Positions 1 to 9,500 are shown, counted from the stretch's first letter. The stretch: 64,000 bases of DNA from Chloroflexota bacterium (GCA_016876015.1 VGOD01000005.1:2950-66949); one strand, 5' to 3'. Translations and numbers: made by a program. The notes: generated by a model from the sequence alone, not told the origin.

Positions 1-2
1 TC

Positions 3-560
3 TACGGCTTCCTGAGCCAGATCATCCCCTATCAGGACTCCGACCTGGAGCGGCTGTACGTCTTTCTGCGATATCTGGGCGCCAAGTTGCCCCGGCGACG
101 CGGCGGCCCAATCTACCACTTCGATGATGACATACGCCTGGAATACTATCGCTTGCAGAAAATCAGCGAGGGTTCCATTGACTTGAGGCAGGGGTACGCG
201 CAGCGCCTGGATGGTCCGACAGAAGTGGGGAGTGGCCTGGTGCGCGAGCAGCCCATCGCACTCTCGCGATTGATAGACCTTATCAACGAGCAGTTCGGAA
301 CAGATTTCAACCAGGCAGATCAACTCTTCTTCGATCAGATCGTGGAAGTTGCCGTGCACGATGAATCACTTCAGCAGGCGGCCGCGGTGAATCCGGCCGA
401 CAAGTTCGAGCTGGTCTTCCGGGCCTTACTGGAAACCCTCTTTGTGGAGCGGATGGATCAGAACGAGGAGATCTTCGTCCGGTTCATGAACGATCCTGAG
501 TTTCGCAAGACGATCACCGCTGGACTGGCAGCCGCCGTCTACCAGAAGCTGCACGCATAA
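3..560 (+). CDS. hsdR: Type I restriction enzyme R subunit (HsdR), C-terminal end; 5' partial at window edge
   Basis: Frame 3 is open from nt 3 (track ORF 87..560 is its tail). YGFLSQIIPYQDSDLERLYVFLRYL and NEQFGTDFNQADQLFFDQIVE resemble the conserved C-terminal region of HsdR proteins. TAA at 558-560. Confidence 0.55.
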   Translation, partial: YGFLSQIIPYQDSDLERLYVFLRYLGAKLPRRRGGPIYHFDDDIRLEYYRLQKISEGSIDLRQGYAQRLDGPTEVGSGLVREQPIALSRLIDLINEQFGTDFNQADQLFFDQIVEVAVHDESLQQAAAVNPADKFELVFRALLETLFVERMDQNEEIFVRFMNDPEFRKTITAGLAAAVYQKLHA

Positions 561-699
561 AGCCCGACACGACTAATCCCTGGGAAAGCGTCTATCCCCA
601 ACGGAGCGATCGTTGTCTCCCCACGGCCGCCGCCCACCGGTCGAGGCCGGCCGATGGGCCATCTATTCATCACACACCCAGACCCGCGGGCGATGAATA

Positions 700-812
700 T
701 CAGCAGGTGCAAACCCGATAGATCGGGTTGGCGCGGCCCCGCGCCAACCGGCTTCAGCCGGTTTGCACCTGCTTAGGCGGCGGTTTCAACCGCCCGGCCG
801 AACCGCCGCGCG
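700..812. repeat. Structured repeat family, copy C; core 703-772 folds as a perfect four-way (cloverleaf) junction
   Basis: 703-713 pairs with 762-772 (11 bp). It encloses hairpins 714-727, 728-747 and 748-761 with tetraloops taga/gccc/ttca and no unpaired junction bases. 776-800 (ggcggcggtttcaaccgcccggccg) matches the cores of 34859-35075 and 38820-38952. Confidence 0.6.
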
Positions 813-814
813 AA

Positions 815-2647
815 CTACCGCGTCCCGGTCGAGCGGTAGATCAACGACTCGCGGCTGGTGAAGCGATGGCGCGCCCACGTGACCTGGCCGTTCTTGTCCG
901 GCTCGAACATCGGGCCTTTGATGTCGGGCTTGACCATCGCGACCATGATCGGATGGTAGATCGGCACCAGCGCGACATCTTCGACCAGAATCTTCTCGGC
1001 CTGCTGATACATCGTGTTCCGCTTCGCCTCATCACCCATCACCGCGCCGGCGTCGCAGAGCAGCTTGTTGAAGTCCTTGCTGTACCAGGTGTGGCGGCCG
1101 GGCGCGGCAGACTTGTCGGCAATCTCGCCCTTCTCGCAGCCGCCCCATGGGCTGAGCATGTTGCTGCCGTCCACAAAGTCGTACTCATACGGCACCATCG
1201 CGAAGATGAAATCGCCGCTCTTGTTCTTCTTTTGGGCGCGCAGCTTCTCGGTGTAGATACCGTAGTCCAGGTTCTGAATCGTCACATCCACACCGATGTT
1301 CTCCTTCAACATGCCCGCGATGGCTTCGGCCGAAGACACCAGGGCCGGGAAGGCGTTGCGCAGATACAAAGTCAGCTTGGGGAAGCCTTTGCCGCCGGGG
1401 AAACCGGCCTCTTCCAGCAACTTCGCAGCCAACTTGGGATCATAGTTCTGCACCGCCTTCAGCGTCTTGACGCTCTCGCCGGGGAAGCCAGGCGGGTTCA
1501 TCGTGTAGGCCGCCACACCTTGATATTGCAGCGGGCCGCCGATCAGCTTGTCGCGATCCACCGCATGGCTGAACGCCTGGCGCACCTTCAGGTTGTCGAA
1601 CGGCTTGTTCCAGGTGTCGAAGAAGAGGTAGTAGGTCATGAAGTTGGGCCAGGAGATGAGCTGCTTCTTCAACTCCGGGCTTGCCATGATCTGGGCCATG
1701 GCCGAAGGCGGCAGGTCCTGCTGATAGCCGCCGCCGATGGCGTCCAGCTCGTTGTTCTGGTAGGCCGGCCAGCGCGTTTCCACCGCCGTGAGGGACACGA
1801 TGATCTTGTCTATTTGCGGCGGGAAGGGGCCGTTGTACTTGTCGTTGGCGACGAACACCAGCTCTTTGCCTTTAGTGTAGCTTTCCAGCTTGAACGGCCC
1901 GCCGAAGACCCAATTGGCCTTGTCGAACGCCCACGAACCATCGTTCAGGCGATCCTTGACGACGTGCTTGGGCACGACCCACAGATCGCCGAAGATCTTG
2001 TCCAGGTACGGCGTCGGTTGATCGGTCGTCACGGTGAAGGTGTAGTCATCCACCTTCTTGGCGCCCAACTCCTCGGGTTTCTTCTTGCCGCTAGCGACAT
2101 CGCCCCAGTTGACGATGTTCGCCATGCTGTAGAACCACTCGAAGTCGTAGTCGGCGCGCGCGTAGCGCTGCAAAGTGAACACGAAGTCGTCGGCTGTGAT
2201 CGGTTTGCCGTCGCTCCAGACCCTCTTCTTGTCCAGGTAGAAGGTCCAGGTCAAACCATCCTTCGAGGTTTCCCACTTGGTGCAGATGTTCGGCTGCGGC
2301 ACGTAGTTTTTGTCAGGCCGGATGCAGGAGTCGGCCCAGGCGACATAATCGCCCCAGTTCTCGTCGTAGACGCTGGCATCCCAAGTCATCCACTTGGATT
2401 CGGTTTCTGCGTACCGCATCACCTGCCTGGCGAGGGGCGCAGCATCGGCCGGCAGCTTCACGCCGGCGCGATTCACGACGCCCTCAACCTTGGGCGCAGC
2501 CGTTGGCTGCGCAGGCGCCTTGGTGGCCGCAGGCTGCTGCGGCGTGGCCGTCGGCGCTGGCGCGGGCTGCGGCGCACAGCCGACCACCAACGCGACGATA
2601 GACAGCAACGTCAAAACAACCAGAGCCCTCGAAAACTTGTGGTTCAT
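815..2647 (-). CDS. ABC transporter substrate-binding lipoprotein, family 5 (oligopeptide/dipeptide type)
   Basis: 610-aa ORF with a lipoprotein signal (LLSIVALVVGC) and a Pro/Ala linker. Size and sequence are typical of SBP family 5. It is co-oriented with two permease genes. Confidence 0.8.
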   Translation of the reverse strand: MNHKFSRALVVLTLLSIVALVVGCAPQPAPAPTATPQQPAATKAPAQPTAAPKVEGVVNRAGVKLPADAAPLARQVMRYAETESKWMTWDASVYDENWGDYVAWADSCIRPDKNYVPQPNICTKWETSKDGLTWTFYLDKKRVWSDGKPITADDFVFTLQRYARADYDFEWFYSMANIVNWGDVASGKKKPEELGAKKVDDYTFTVTTDQPTPYLDKIFGDLWVVPKHVVKDRLNDGSWAFDKANWVFGGPFKLESYTKGKELVFVANDKYNGPFPPQIDKIIVSLTAVETRWPAYQNNELDAIGGGYQQDLPPSAMAQIMASPELKKQLISWPNFMTYYLFFDTWNKPFDNLKVRQAFSHAVDRDKLIGGPLQYQGVAAYTMNPPGFPGESVKTLKAVQNYDPKLAAKLLEEAGFPGGKGFPKLTLYLRNAFPALVSSAEAIAGMLKENIGVDVTIQNLDYGIYTEKLRAQKKNKSGDFIFAMVPYEYDFVDGSNMLSPWGGCEKGEIADKSAAPGRHTWYSKDFNKLLCDAGAVMGDEAKRNTMYQQAEKILVEDVALVPIYHPIMVAMVKPDIKGPMFEPDKNGQVTWARHRFTSRESLIYRSTGTR

Positions 2648-2749
2648 TGTGCTCTCCTCCAGTGTGTGGGATTCGTGCGTGTGCGCCTCTCGGGGTTACC
2701 AGCCCTCCGGCTCGGCTTGATGTGGATGCGTGGTGGAATTCACCTCCCT

Positions 2750-3736
2750 CTAGTTCTCGCCGATCATCTTGGGGTCCAGGGCATCGCGCAGGCCATCCCC
2801 CATCAACGTGAAGCCCAACATCGTCAGCGCGATCATCAGCGCCGGGAACAACGCCAGATGCCAGTAATAGGTCATGTTGGTGATGCCATCCCGGCCCAAC
2901 ATCTGCCCCCAACTGGGCATGGGCGGGTTGATCCCCACGCCGAGAAAGCTGAGCGATGCTTCGGCGAAGATGGAGATCGGAATGCCGAAGGTGAGCGCGA
3001 TGATGATCGGCGCCAGCGCGTTGGGCAACAGATGCGCCCGGAAGATGCGCCACGGCCCCGCGCCGATCATGCGGCCGGCCTCGATGTATTCCTTCTCACG
3101 CAGCGACAGAAATTGGGCGCGCGTCAGCCGCGCCACGCCGATCCAACTCGTCAGACCAATGGCCAGCATCACGTTCCAGAAACCTGCGCCCAACCGGGCC
3201 ATGATCAGGTATGCAAAGAGCAGCGTCGGGATGGCCGACATGATGTCCACCAGCCGCATGACCAGGAAATCCACCCGCCCCCCACGCCAGCCGGCGACGC
3301 CGCCCAGCGGGATGCCGATGGCCAGGGCGATGAATTGGGCCAACAGACCGATGGAGAGAGAGATGCGCGCGCCGTAGACGACGCGGCTGTACAGGTCGCG
3401 GCCGTTGAGATCGGTTCCCATCCAAAACTCGCGGCTGGGAAAAGCGCCGACCGGACCGTAAAACCCTTTGTTATAGGGCGTTTTGGCGATCAGCGGCTGC
3501 GGCGTGCGGCCAAGGGGGAGCGCAATGAACCAATCGTCGGCGCCAATGGCCGTCACCGCCAACAGGGTGACAATGACCATCCCTATCAGCGCCAGTTTGT
3601 TCCTGGCAAACCGGCGCACCGCATCGCGGAAGAGGCTGCGCGGCTGACGCGTGATGTCGCCGCCTGCGTAGTCGAGGGCGCCCCCGGACGGCTCCGTCGT
3701 GCGAGTACTGGGATCGCTGTCTTGTTCAGCGTGCAT
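2750..3736 (-). CDS. ABC transporter permease (DppC/OppC type)
   Basis: 328 aa with multiple TM segments. EAA loop YIEAGRMIGAGPWRIFRAHLLPN. Confidence 0.85.
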   Translation of the reverse strand: MHAEQDSDPSTRTTEPSGGALDYAGGDITRQPRSLFRDAVRRFARNKLALIGMVIVTLLAVTAIGADDWFIALPLGRTPQPLIAKTPYNKGFYGPVGAFPSREFWMGTDLNGRDLYSRVVYGARISLSIGLLAQFIALAIGIPLGGVAGWRGGRVDFLVMRLVDIMSAIPTLLFAYLIMARLGAGFWNVMLAIGLTSWIGVARLTRAQFLSLREKEYIEAGRMIGAGPWRIFRAHLLPNALAPIIIALTFGIPISIFAEASLSFLGVGINPPMPSWGQMLGRDGITNMTYYWHLALFPALMIALTMLGFTLMGDGLRDALDPKMIGEN

Positions 3737-3753
3737 GATAGGCGCCTCGTAGC

Positions 3754-4674
3754 TCAGTTGTAACGGATGCGCGGATCAACGAGCACGTAGAGCACGTCGG
3801 TGATCAGATAGGTGACGGCGATCAACACCGCCCATAGCATCGTCAGGCCGATGATCATGGGATAGTCGCGGTCGAACGTGCTGGTGACCCAAAACTTGCC
3901 CAGCCCAGGCACCCGGAAAATCGCCTCGATGAAGATCGAACCGGTAATCAGATCGGGAATGAGAGGACCGAAGACGGTGAGCAGCGGGATCATGGCGTTC
4001 TTCAGCACGTGGCGCTGGACGATCCAGCGCTCGCTGAGTCCCTTCGCACGGGCCGTGCGGACATAGTCGGCGCGAATCGCCTCGATCACGCTGGCGCGCG
4101 TGTAGCGGGCGATGGTCGCCATGGGCGCCAGCGCATAGGCCATGACCGGCAAGATCCACTGGCGGGGCGAGTCCCAACCGCCCGTCGGCGCCCACTTGAG
4201 GGCCAGGGCAAAAATCAGGATGAAGAGGATGCCCCAGACGAAGTGCGGCATGACAAAGCCGAGCGTGGAGAAGAAGGTGATGAAGTAGTCCACCCAACTG
4301 TTCTGTTTCAGCGCGGCGATGATGCCCAGCGGCAGGCCGATGGTGAAAGCCACCAGCAACGCCATCAGCCCCAGGTGCATCGTGATCGGCCACGTGCGGC
4401 TGATCAGGCCGATCACGGACTCGTCGGGGTGTTTGAACGACATACCGAAGTCCAATCTAACCACGCCCGAGAGCCAGGTAAGGTATTGCTGCCAGACCGG
4501 CTTGTCGAGGCCGTAGCGCGCCTTCAACGCCGCGAGCTGCTCGTCCGAAAAGAGGCGCTGGCCATACTTCCACGGCCCGCCGGGCACATCGTGCATGAGG
4601 GCAAAGGTGATGATCGAAAGAATGAGCAAGACCGGGATCAACCCGGCCAAGCGCATCAATACATACCGCGCCAT
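3754..4674 (-). CDS. ABC transporter permease (DppB/OppB type)
   Basis: 306 aa. OppB-like N-terminus MARYVLMRLAGLIPVLLILSIITFALM. EAA loop YVRTARAKGLSERWIVQRHVLKNA. Confidence 0.85.
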   Translation of the reverse strand: MARYVLMRLAGLIPVLLILSIITFALMHDVPGGPWKYGQRLFSDEQLAALKARYGLDKPVWQQYLTWLSGVVRLDFGMSFKHPDESVIGLISRTWPITMHLGLMALLVAFTIGLPLGIIAALKQNSWVDYFITFFSTLGFVMPHFVWGILFILIFALALKWAPTGGWDSPRQWILPVMAYALAPMATIARYTRASVIEAIRADYVRTARAKGLSERWIVQRHVLKNAMIPLLTVFGPLIPDLITGSIFIEAIFRVPGLGKFWVTSTFDRDYPMIIGLTMLWAVLIAVTYLITDVLYVLVDPRIRYN

Positions 4675-4812
4675 CCGTTTCTCCTCTTGTTTGTGTATGG
4701 CAAACAGTCAATCGAACCGCAGTAGACAAGCCAGCAGGCAAGACGGCGATGTATTGAGCTGCTGAGGGGCAAAGCCAACCAGACAGGCGATGTGGACAAG
4801 CTGAACGATTGG

Positions 4813-4840
4813 ATTATAAGGACATTTGCGAGATTGTCAA
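4813..4840 (-). promoter_or_regulatory. Consensus sigma70-type promoter of the ABC operon
   Basis: Minus strand: TTGACA (4840-4835), 16 nt, TATAAT (4818-4813), about 140 nt upstream of ATG 4674. Confidence 0.5.
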
Positions 4841-4854
4841 TCTCCCGGTCGTGC

Positions 4855-5262
4855 TCAGAACCCGCGCAAGTCGGTGCTGGAGCGTCGCGGTAGGCCCTGT
4901 TTGGGTATGCGTCTGAGCCCCACGTACTCCAGGCCGTGCCCCGCGCAGAATGCTCGCTTCTCTGACCGGTCGCCATCCTCCTTCACCAGGTAGATGTCTG
5001 GCCGCAGGCGTGCGATCTCTGGCTCGGCGTCCAGCCACCCCCAGCCGGTCGAGATCAGCGCCTGCTTGACGTAGCGAATCGCCTCGACCAGGTAGCGCCG
5101 CTCCGCCTGGGGAAACTTCGGCGGCTGGCCCGTCGCCCGGCGCACCAGATCATCCGACCAGAGCAAGACATGGAGGTCGCCCAGCTTGCTGGCTTTCTCC
5201 AGGAAGCGCACATGGCGGGAGCAGAGGTTGTCAAAACCCCCGACAGCGATGATGGTAATCAT
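4855..5262 (-). CDS. Cytidylyltransferase-like nucleotidyltransferase (TagD-like fold, degenerate HxGH)
   Basis: MITIIAVGGFDNLCSRHVRFLEKASKLGDLHVLLWSDD matches the G-x-FD-x-x-H-x-x-H start of the cytidylyltransferase family, but with CSRH. FPQAERRYLVEAIRYV resembles the following conserved helix. Confidence 0.45.
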   Translation of the reverse strand: MITIIAVGGFDNLCSRHVRFLEKASKLGDLHVLLWSDDLVRRATGQPPKFPQAERRYLVEAIRYVKQALISTGWGWLDAEPEIARLRPDIYLVKEDGDRSEKRAFCAGHGLEYVGLRRIPKQGLPRRSSTDLRGF

Positions 5263-5296
5263 CTGTCACTACCTTAAACGTGACATCGCTCATGGG

Positions 5297-5470
5297 TTAC
5301 GCGGTCACGGCCGCCACATCACTCCGATCAATCGCCTGGAGCACAACCCGCGAGGCATCGGATATCTCAATGCCGATGGGTTGACCGTCAGCATCGAACT
5401 CGACCACGATCCCCTCGACCGTCTCGACGAAGTGATCCTCATCGCCCTCTCGAAGTATCTTTTCAATAAG
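5297..5470 (-). pseudogene. DUF2283-like small ORF without a canonical start codon
   Basis: My translation of the minus frame ending at TAA 5299-5297: LIEKILREGDEDHFVETVEGIVVEFDADGQPIGIEISDASRVVLQAIDRSDVAAVTA. The frame is open back to a TAA at 5545-5543, but it contains no ATG/GTG/TTG. Confidence 0.35.
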
Positions 5471-5582
5471 TGGGGGCCGACGGGGGTCGCAGACCCCCTG
5501 AAAGCAGGCTCGTAGGCGGTCTGTGACCGCCGTTTCCCCGGATTATTGAGAGGATACCTCTCGAATGACCAGATACAAAATG

Positions 5583-5906
5583 TCATGATTCCGATCGTAA
5601 TTCACCATCGGTTTGTCCATAGGTCCACCTTCCACTCCTCAACCGTTCCTGGATCTGATCTCTTGTGATAGGGTGGATCGTAATGATCTCGGCCTCTTCT
5701 GGCGTCTGATCATAGGCGATCATCATCAAGACCCAGCGCTGTCTATGCAACACCTCCAAGACGGCAATCTGACGCAAGCTATGGTGATTGTAAAATCGCT
5801 GCCTGCTCTCGCGATAGATCCGCTCCGGCACTGAATCAGGGATAGCCGGCTGTTGCATCTTGAAGCGTAGATGTTTGCTGGATGTAACCCTCATACGATC
5901 TCGCAA
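5583..5906 (-). CDS. Hypothetical protein, possibly DUF4258-like toxin partner of the DUF2283-like ORF
   Basis: 107-aa ORF directly upstream of the DUF2283-like ORF. WVLMMIAYDQTPEEAEIITIHPITRDQIQERLRSGRW resembles the C-terminal strand-helix of DUF4258 proteins. Weak call. Confidence 0.3.
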   Translation of the reverse strand: MRDRMRVTSSKHLRFKMQQPAIPDSVPERIYRESRQRFYNHHSLRQIAVLEVLHRQRWVLMMIAYDQTPEEAEIITIHPITRDQIQERLRSGRWTYGQTDGELRSES

Positions 5907-6001
5907 CGAGTATACTTGCTTGATGCAAATCTGGCGCTACTTCAACGACCCCAGTATAGCACTTCGCCGCGAAAGCGCCAACGCGCCCCATATCTTCGCG
6001 A

Positions 6002-6910
6002 TCAAGTGCCAATTGTGACGAACAGTGAATTCGACCAGGCCCGCCGGCTGTGTTCGTCCTCGATCTCCAGATACGCGTACTTCCATTCGACGGGTACGGC
6101 AAATCGTGCGGATGTTAGTCGTTGGTGGTCAAAGCTACCCAGGCGTTGTCCCAGGTGGGCTGGCCCGACCAGGCGAACGAATTGGACGGCTGAGGTCTCG
6201 ATCTTGACATGTGTGCCATCGAAGCGGATCGAGCGGAACTCTGGCCCGCACGAGGCGTAGAAGTTGCCGCGGCGGATGGCGTCCAGGAGGCGCGCCGGTG
6301 TGCGCTCGGCCGCGTTGACCATGATCCAGCCGCCGTTCCAGCCGGGATGTTCCGGCCGCAGGTGCGCGTCGTCGGCCGCAAACGCCAGGGTGGCAGGGTT
6401 GCGCTGCAACATGGCGCTCCAGTAGACGACGCCATCCCCTTTCCCGTTCAGCCAGCGGCAGACGTGATTGTAGACCTCGACCCCGTCGAAGGCCCAGCGC
6501 AGCGCATCATCGAAGGAGTTGCCGGTCCAATGCGGATGCGCCAGGATGGTCAGCGCGCCCTGGTCGCGTAGCGCGGCCAGGGCCGCCGCAAAACCCATCT
6601 CGCGCGTGATCCCGGTCAGCTTGCCCAGGCCGACGACGTGATAGCGCGCGCCGGTTTCGTCGTGGCCATCCAACTCGATCCCATCTAGCCACAAGATGTC
6701 ATCTCGCGGACAGGTCTCGTTGACGGCCGAAGCGACCCAGTGATCGGTCGCGCACAGAAAGTCGAAGCCGGCCGACGCGTACATCTCGGCGGCTTCGGCG
6801 CAGGTCTTTCCACCGTCTGAGTTGGTTGTGTGGAGGTGGGTATTGCCCTTGAACCAGCGGCCACCCGTGTCGTAGCGAAAGCGGCGTTCAGTTGAGTTGG
6901 TCGTCATCAT
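6002..6910 (-). CDS. PHP-domain metal-dependent phosphoesterase (CehA/McbA-like)
   Basis: KGNTHLHTTNSDGG, FLCATDHW, LAHPHW and AADDAH are the His/Asp motifs of the PHP superfamily. Confidence 0.65.
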   Translation of the reverse strand: MMTTNSTERRFRYDTGGRWFKGNTHLHTTNSDGGKTCAEAAEMYASAGFDFLCATDHWVASAVNETCPRDDILWLDGIELDGHDETGARYHVVGLGKLTGITREMGFAAALAALRDQGALTILAHPHWTGNSFDDALRWAFDGVEVYNHVCRWLNGKGDGVVYWSAMLQRNPATLAFAADDAHLRPEHPGWNGGWIMVNAAERTPARLLDAIRRGNFYASCGPEFRSIRFDGTHVKIETSAVQFVRLVGPAHLGQRLGSFDHQRLTSARFAVPVEWKYAYLEIEDEHSRRAWSNSLFVTIGT

Positions 6911-7077
6911 GTTTTACTTTCTCGCTTTATGGGTCTTAATTCATATGGAAGTAGGTGCTATGACTGTCCTGGAAGCCGAGTTGGTAGAGATCAAAGCGCG
7001 TCTCGCCTGGCTGGAGGCGATAGTAGCGCGGTGGGTGTCTATGCTACTCGACACTCACGAATGGAGCCGCCTGCGCT

Positions 7078-7480
7078 GTGACCTATCTTCTGGACACGGA
7101 TACCTGCGTCTAATGGCTACGCGGACAATCGGCCGTCCATCATCATCTTGCCGCCGTCGGGCCGGATGCGATCTACATCTCAACTATCACACTCGCAGAG
7201 CTGCACTACGGCGCCGAATGCTCGCAGCAAGTGGCTGAGAACCGCCGGGCAATCGATGACTTCTGCAGCGGGCTTCATCTCGTGGGTGGTCAGCACGGAT
7301 GTCGCGCTGGCCTTCGCCGAGATCAAGGCTCAGCTGCGCCGACAAGGCAGCCTGATCGAGGACTTTGACCTTGTCTTGGCCGCCACAGCGCGCGTCCGTG
7401 ATCTGATCCTGGTCACCAACAATGCATCCCATTTCGCGCGGATCGCTGGTCTGACTATTGAGAACTGGGCCGAGTCTTAG
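7078..7480 (+). pseudogene. vapC: vapC-type PIN toxin gene, inactivated (in-frame TAA plus frameshift)
   Basis: GTG 7078 MTYLLDTDTCV, then TAA at 7111-7113. The frame continues AVGPDAIYISTITLAELHYGAECSQQVAENRRAIDDF and shifts near the G-run 7284-7286 into VSTDVALAFAEIKAQLRRQGSLIEDFDLVLAATARVRDLILVTNNASHFARIAGLTIENW. Confidence 0.6.
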
Positions 7481-7557
7481 GGTCGGTAAAAGTATTACTT
7501 CCTGCTTTGGCCGGTCTCTGACCGAGCCAACGGCGGAACTTGTCCATCTGCGTGTCC

Positions 7558-8070
7558 TTACGCCGCTCGCACCTTCACCTGAAATCCTCCCGCCACCGGC
7601 GCCTCTGACACCACGTACAGATACCCCCCGCCGCAGCCCGAATACATCGCGCCGGCATAGCGCGCCTGATAGTAGCGCAGGATCGCCATCAAGTCAACCG
7701 TGATGGTCGGGTGGCGGACGGTGTGCGGCAGGAGCGCCTCCCAGCACGCCAGGTACTCGTTCATGGACGCGCCGAGCGCCCGGCTATCCATCGCGCAGAT
7801 CGCATCGTAGCAGTCTTTGCCGCTCTGCCCCAGCCGGCGAACCCATTCGGGATCGAGATTCTTGACGCCGAGGGGGCCGTAGCCGGGGGGCCGTTGCATC
7901 ACCGGGATTATCCAGATGACGCGTTCCAGCCAGCGCGCAACCGCCGGATCGTTGTTCGATTCGATGTGCGCTGGAAAGTAGCCGCCCTCGTGATCGAAGC
8001 GATAATCCAACCGGTTGACGCCAGGGATAGCGGTCGAGCAGGTCGCGGGCCTGACTGATGATGGCGTCAT
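7558..8070 (-). pseudogene. GHMP-kinase family gene, C-terminal fragment only
   Basis: AMYSGCGGGYLYVVSE is GHMP motif III. No N-terminal PxGSGLGSS motif is present. The upstream sequence switches to an unrelated PIN-like fragment. Confidence 0.45.
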
Positions 8071-8197
8071 CCAACTCGATGAACTTGTATTCTGCGATGC
8101 AGTGGGAAGTAAAGGCCTGCGTAGCGAGGGCGCAGGCGGTCGCCGGGACCGAGCCTTCTCGTTTGCGACGCGTCAGCATACTGTACATTTCGACCAT
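8018..8197 (-). pseudogene. PIN-domain gene fragment (N-terminal/middle part)
   Basis: ALATQAFTSHCIAEYKFIELDDAIISQARDLLDRYP resembles the central helices of VapC-like PIN proteins. The frame then degenerates into Arg/Gly-rich sequence. Confidence 0.3.
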
Positions 8198-8217
8198 CGT
8201 GATCCGCGCCGTTATGA

Positions 8218-9216
8218 TGGCGTGTCCCGCGATCGGCGGCGTTCTGGCGGCCGAAGCTGCGCAATTGCCTGACCAAGCACTTTCATCCCCTCGCTGGCAA
8301 AGCGCTGCCGGCCATCGTCGTCGGGCTGATTGCCCGCATCGGGCGGATCAAAGGGCAACGCGTCGCCCTGCCGACGGTCATCGTCCGGCCAGAGACGGCG
8401 GATGCCTCGGAAACCGCGCTGCAAGCGACGCTGCTGGCGCGCGTCAAAACGTCCTTAGCCGCCGATGACATGCCGGTGTTCGATGCCGGCTTCAGGATCA
8501 AGGCCCTGCAGGCGGCGGGCCTCACCCGCTATGTAGTGCGGTTGGCCGAGAACTTCACCGCCCGGCGCAACACGCTGCCGCCCGCCAAAGGCCCCGCCGC
8601 CGAATACGGCGTCCTGGTCCGCCCACTGGCCCGCACCCGCAAAGGCAAGCTGATTCCGGCCACGCCGCCGGATCGCACCGAACGCTGGACCGCAGATGGC
8701 CTGGCGTTCCGTGCCGAGTCCTGGGACGACTTGGTGCTGCCGGAGGTCAAAGTCAGCGCCACCGCAGCCACGTTCAACGTCGCGGCGATTTATGCCCCGC
8801 GCTTTTGCACGCCCTGGCTGCTGGCGTCACCGGTCAAGCTTACCGGGCCGGCCTGGCGGGGCCTGTATCGGGACCGTTGGCCCGTGGAACAGCTGCCCCT
8901 GGCGGGCAAGCAAATGCTCGGTGGGGCGCGCCAGTTTGTCTCTGCGCCCGAGTCGCGCTACCGCCTGCCCGAACTGATTCTGTTAGCGGGCGCAGTGGTG
9001 ACGTACCTGGCCGCCACCGCCCCCGCCATCCCGCCCGGCTTTTGGGATCGCCACCCCAAACCCACGCCGGGGCGGTTCCGGCGGGGCTTGGCGGGCCGGC
9101 CTTTCCCCGAAAGTTACCCCTTGCCAGCACGACTTCGGAAGAAGGCCAGCGTTTTTGCCCATTTGGCGGTCGGGATCCTGGCCCACCGGCGAACCAAACG
9201 GGTCGCGACCGCCTGA
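8218..9216 (+). mobile_element. DDE transposase fragment (IS4/IS701-like), 5'-truncated
   Basis: Frame 1 is open from 8218 with no start until M at 8470. LYRDRWPVEQLPLAGKQMLG is a typical DDE-transposase R-W-x-(V/I)-E motif. About 330 aa without an N-terminal domain. Confidence 0.5.
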
Positions 9217-9409
9217 AAACCGGCCCGGGGAGCTGAAATCGGGCCTTGGACGCCTTCCCAGAAACCACTATGCTGTTTCTGGCGGCTTCCACTTGCGTTG
9301 GCCCCGCCCGGTCCAGCGCAGATTGACCGGAAACTAAAGAGTATAGCGTATCACACCTCCTGCGTCAAACGATGCATGGCTGTGGCTGCAAATTCGTCGT
9401 CTCAAGAGC

Positions 9410-9500
9410 AAGAAAATGTGGTACACTGTAGCACGATTGCTCCGCACGAATCAGCACTGGGAACCATCGTCATTCATCACACAAACCAGGAGGCTACCCC
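9410..9500 (+). promoter_or_regulatory. Leader/promoter of TFL copy 1
   Basis: Extended -10 TGGTACACT at 9419-9427. SD aggagg at 9489-9494. ATG at 9501. Confidence 0.4.

Noticed and set aside
703-772. Cloverleaf as a tRNA gene.
   Set aside because: All three loops are tetraloops. There is no 7-nt anticodon loop, no T-loop GTTCRA motif, no unpaired bases at positions 8/9/26, and the acceptor-like stem is 11 bp. It is not a tRNA.
728-3763. 1011-aa plus-strand ORF spanning the ABC transporter region.
   Set aside because: It lies antisense to three well-supported minus-strand genes (SBP and two permeases). The translation is Arg/Gly/His/Leu-rich and low in complexity, with no motifs. This is the typical stop-free antisense frame of high-GC DNA.
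8529-9337. Multiple overlapping ORFs (8529..8777, 8696..8977, 8805..9236, 8840..9292, 8983..9186, 9155..9337) around the transposase fragment.
   Set aside because: All overlap the frame carrying the DDE-transposase motif and have Arg/Pro/Gly-rich translations without motifs. They are treated as non-coding shadows.
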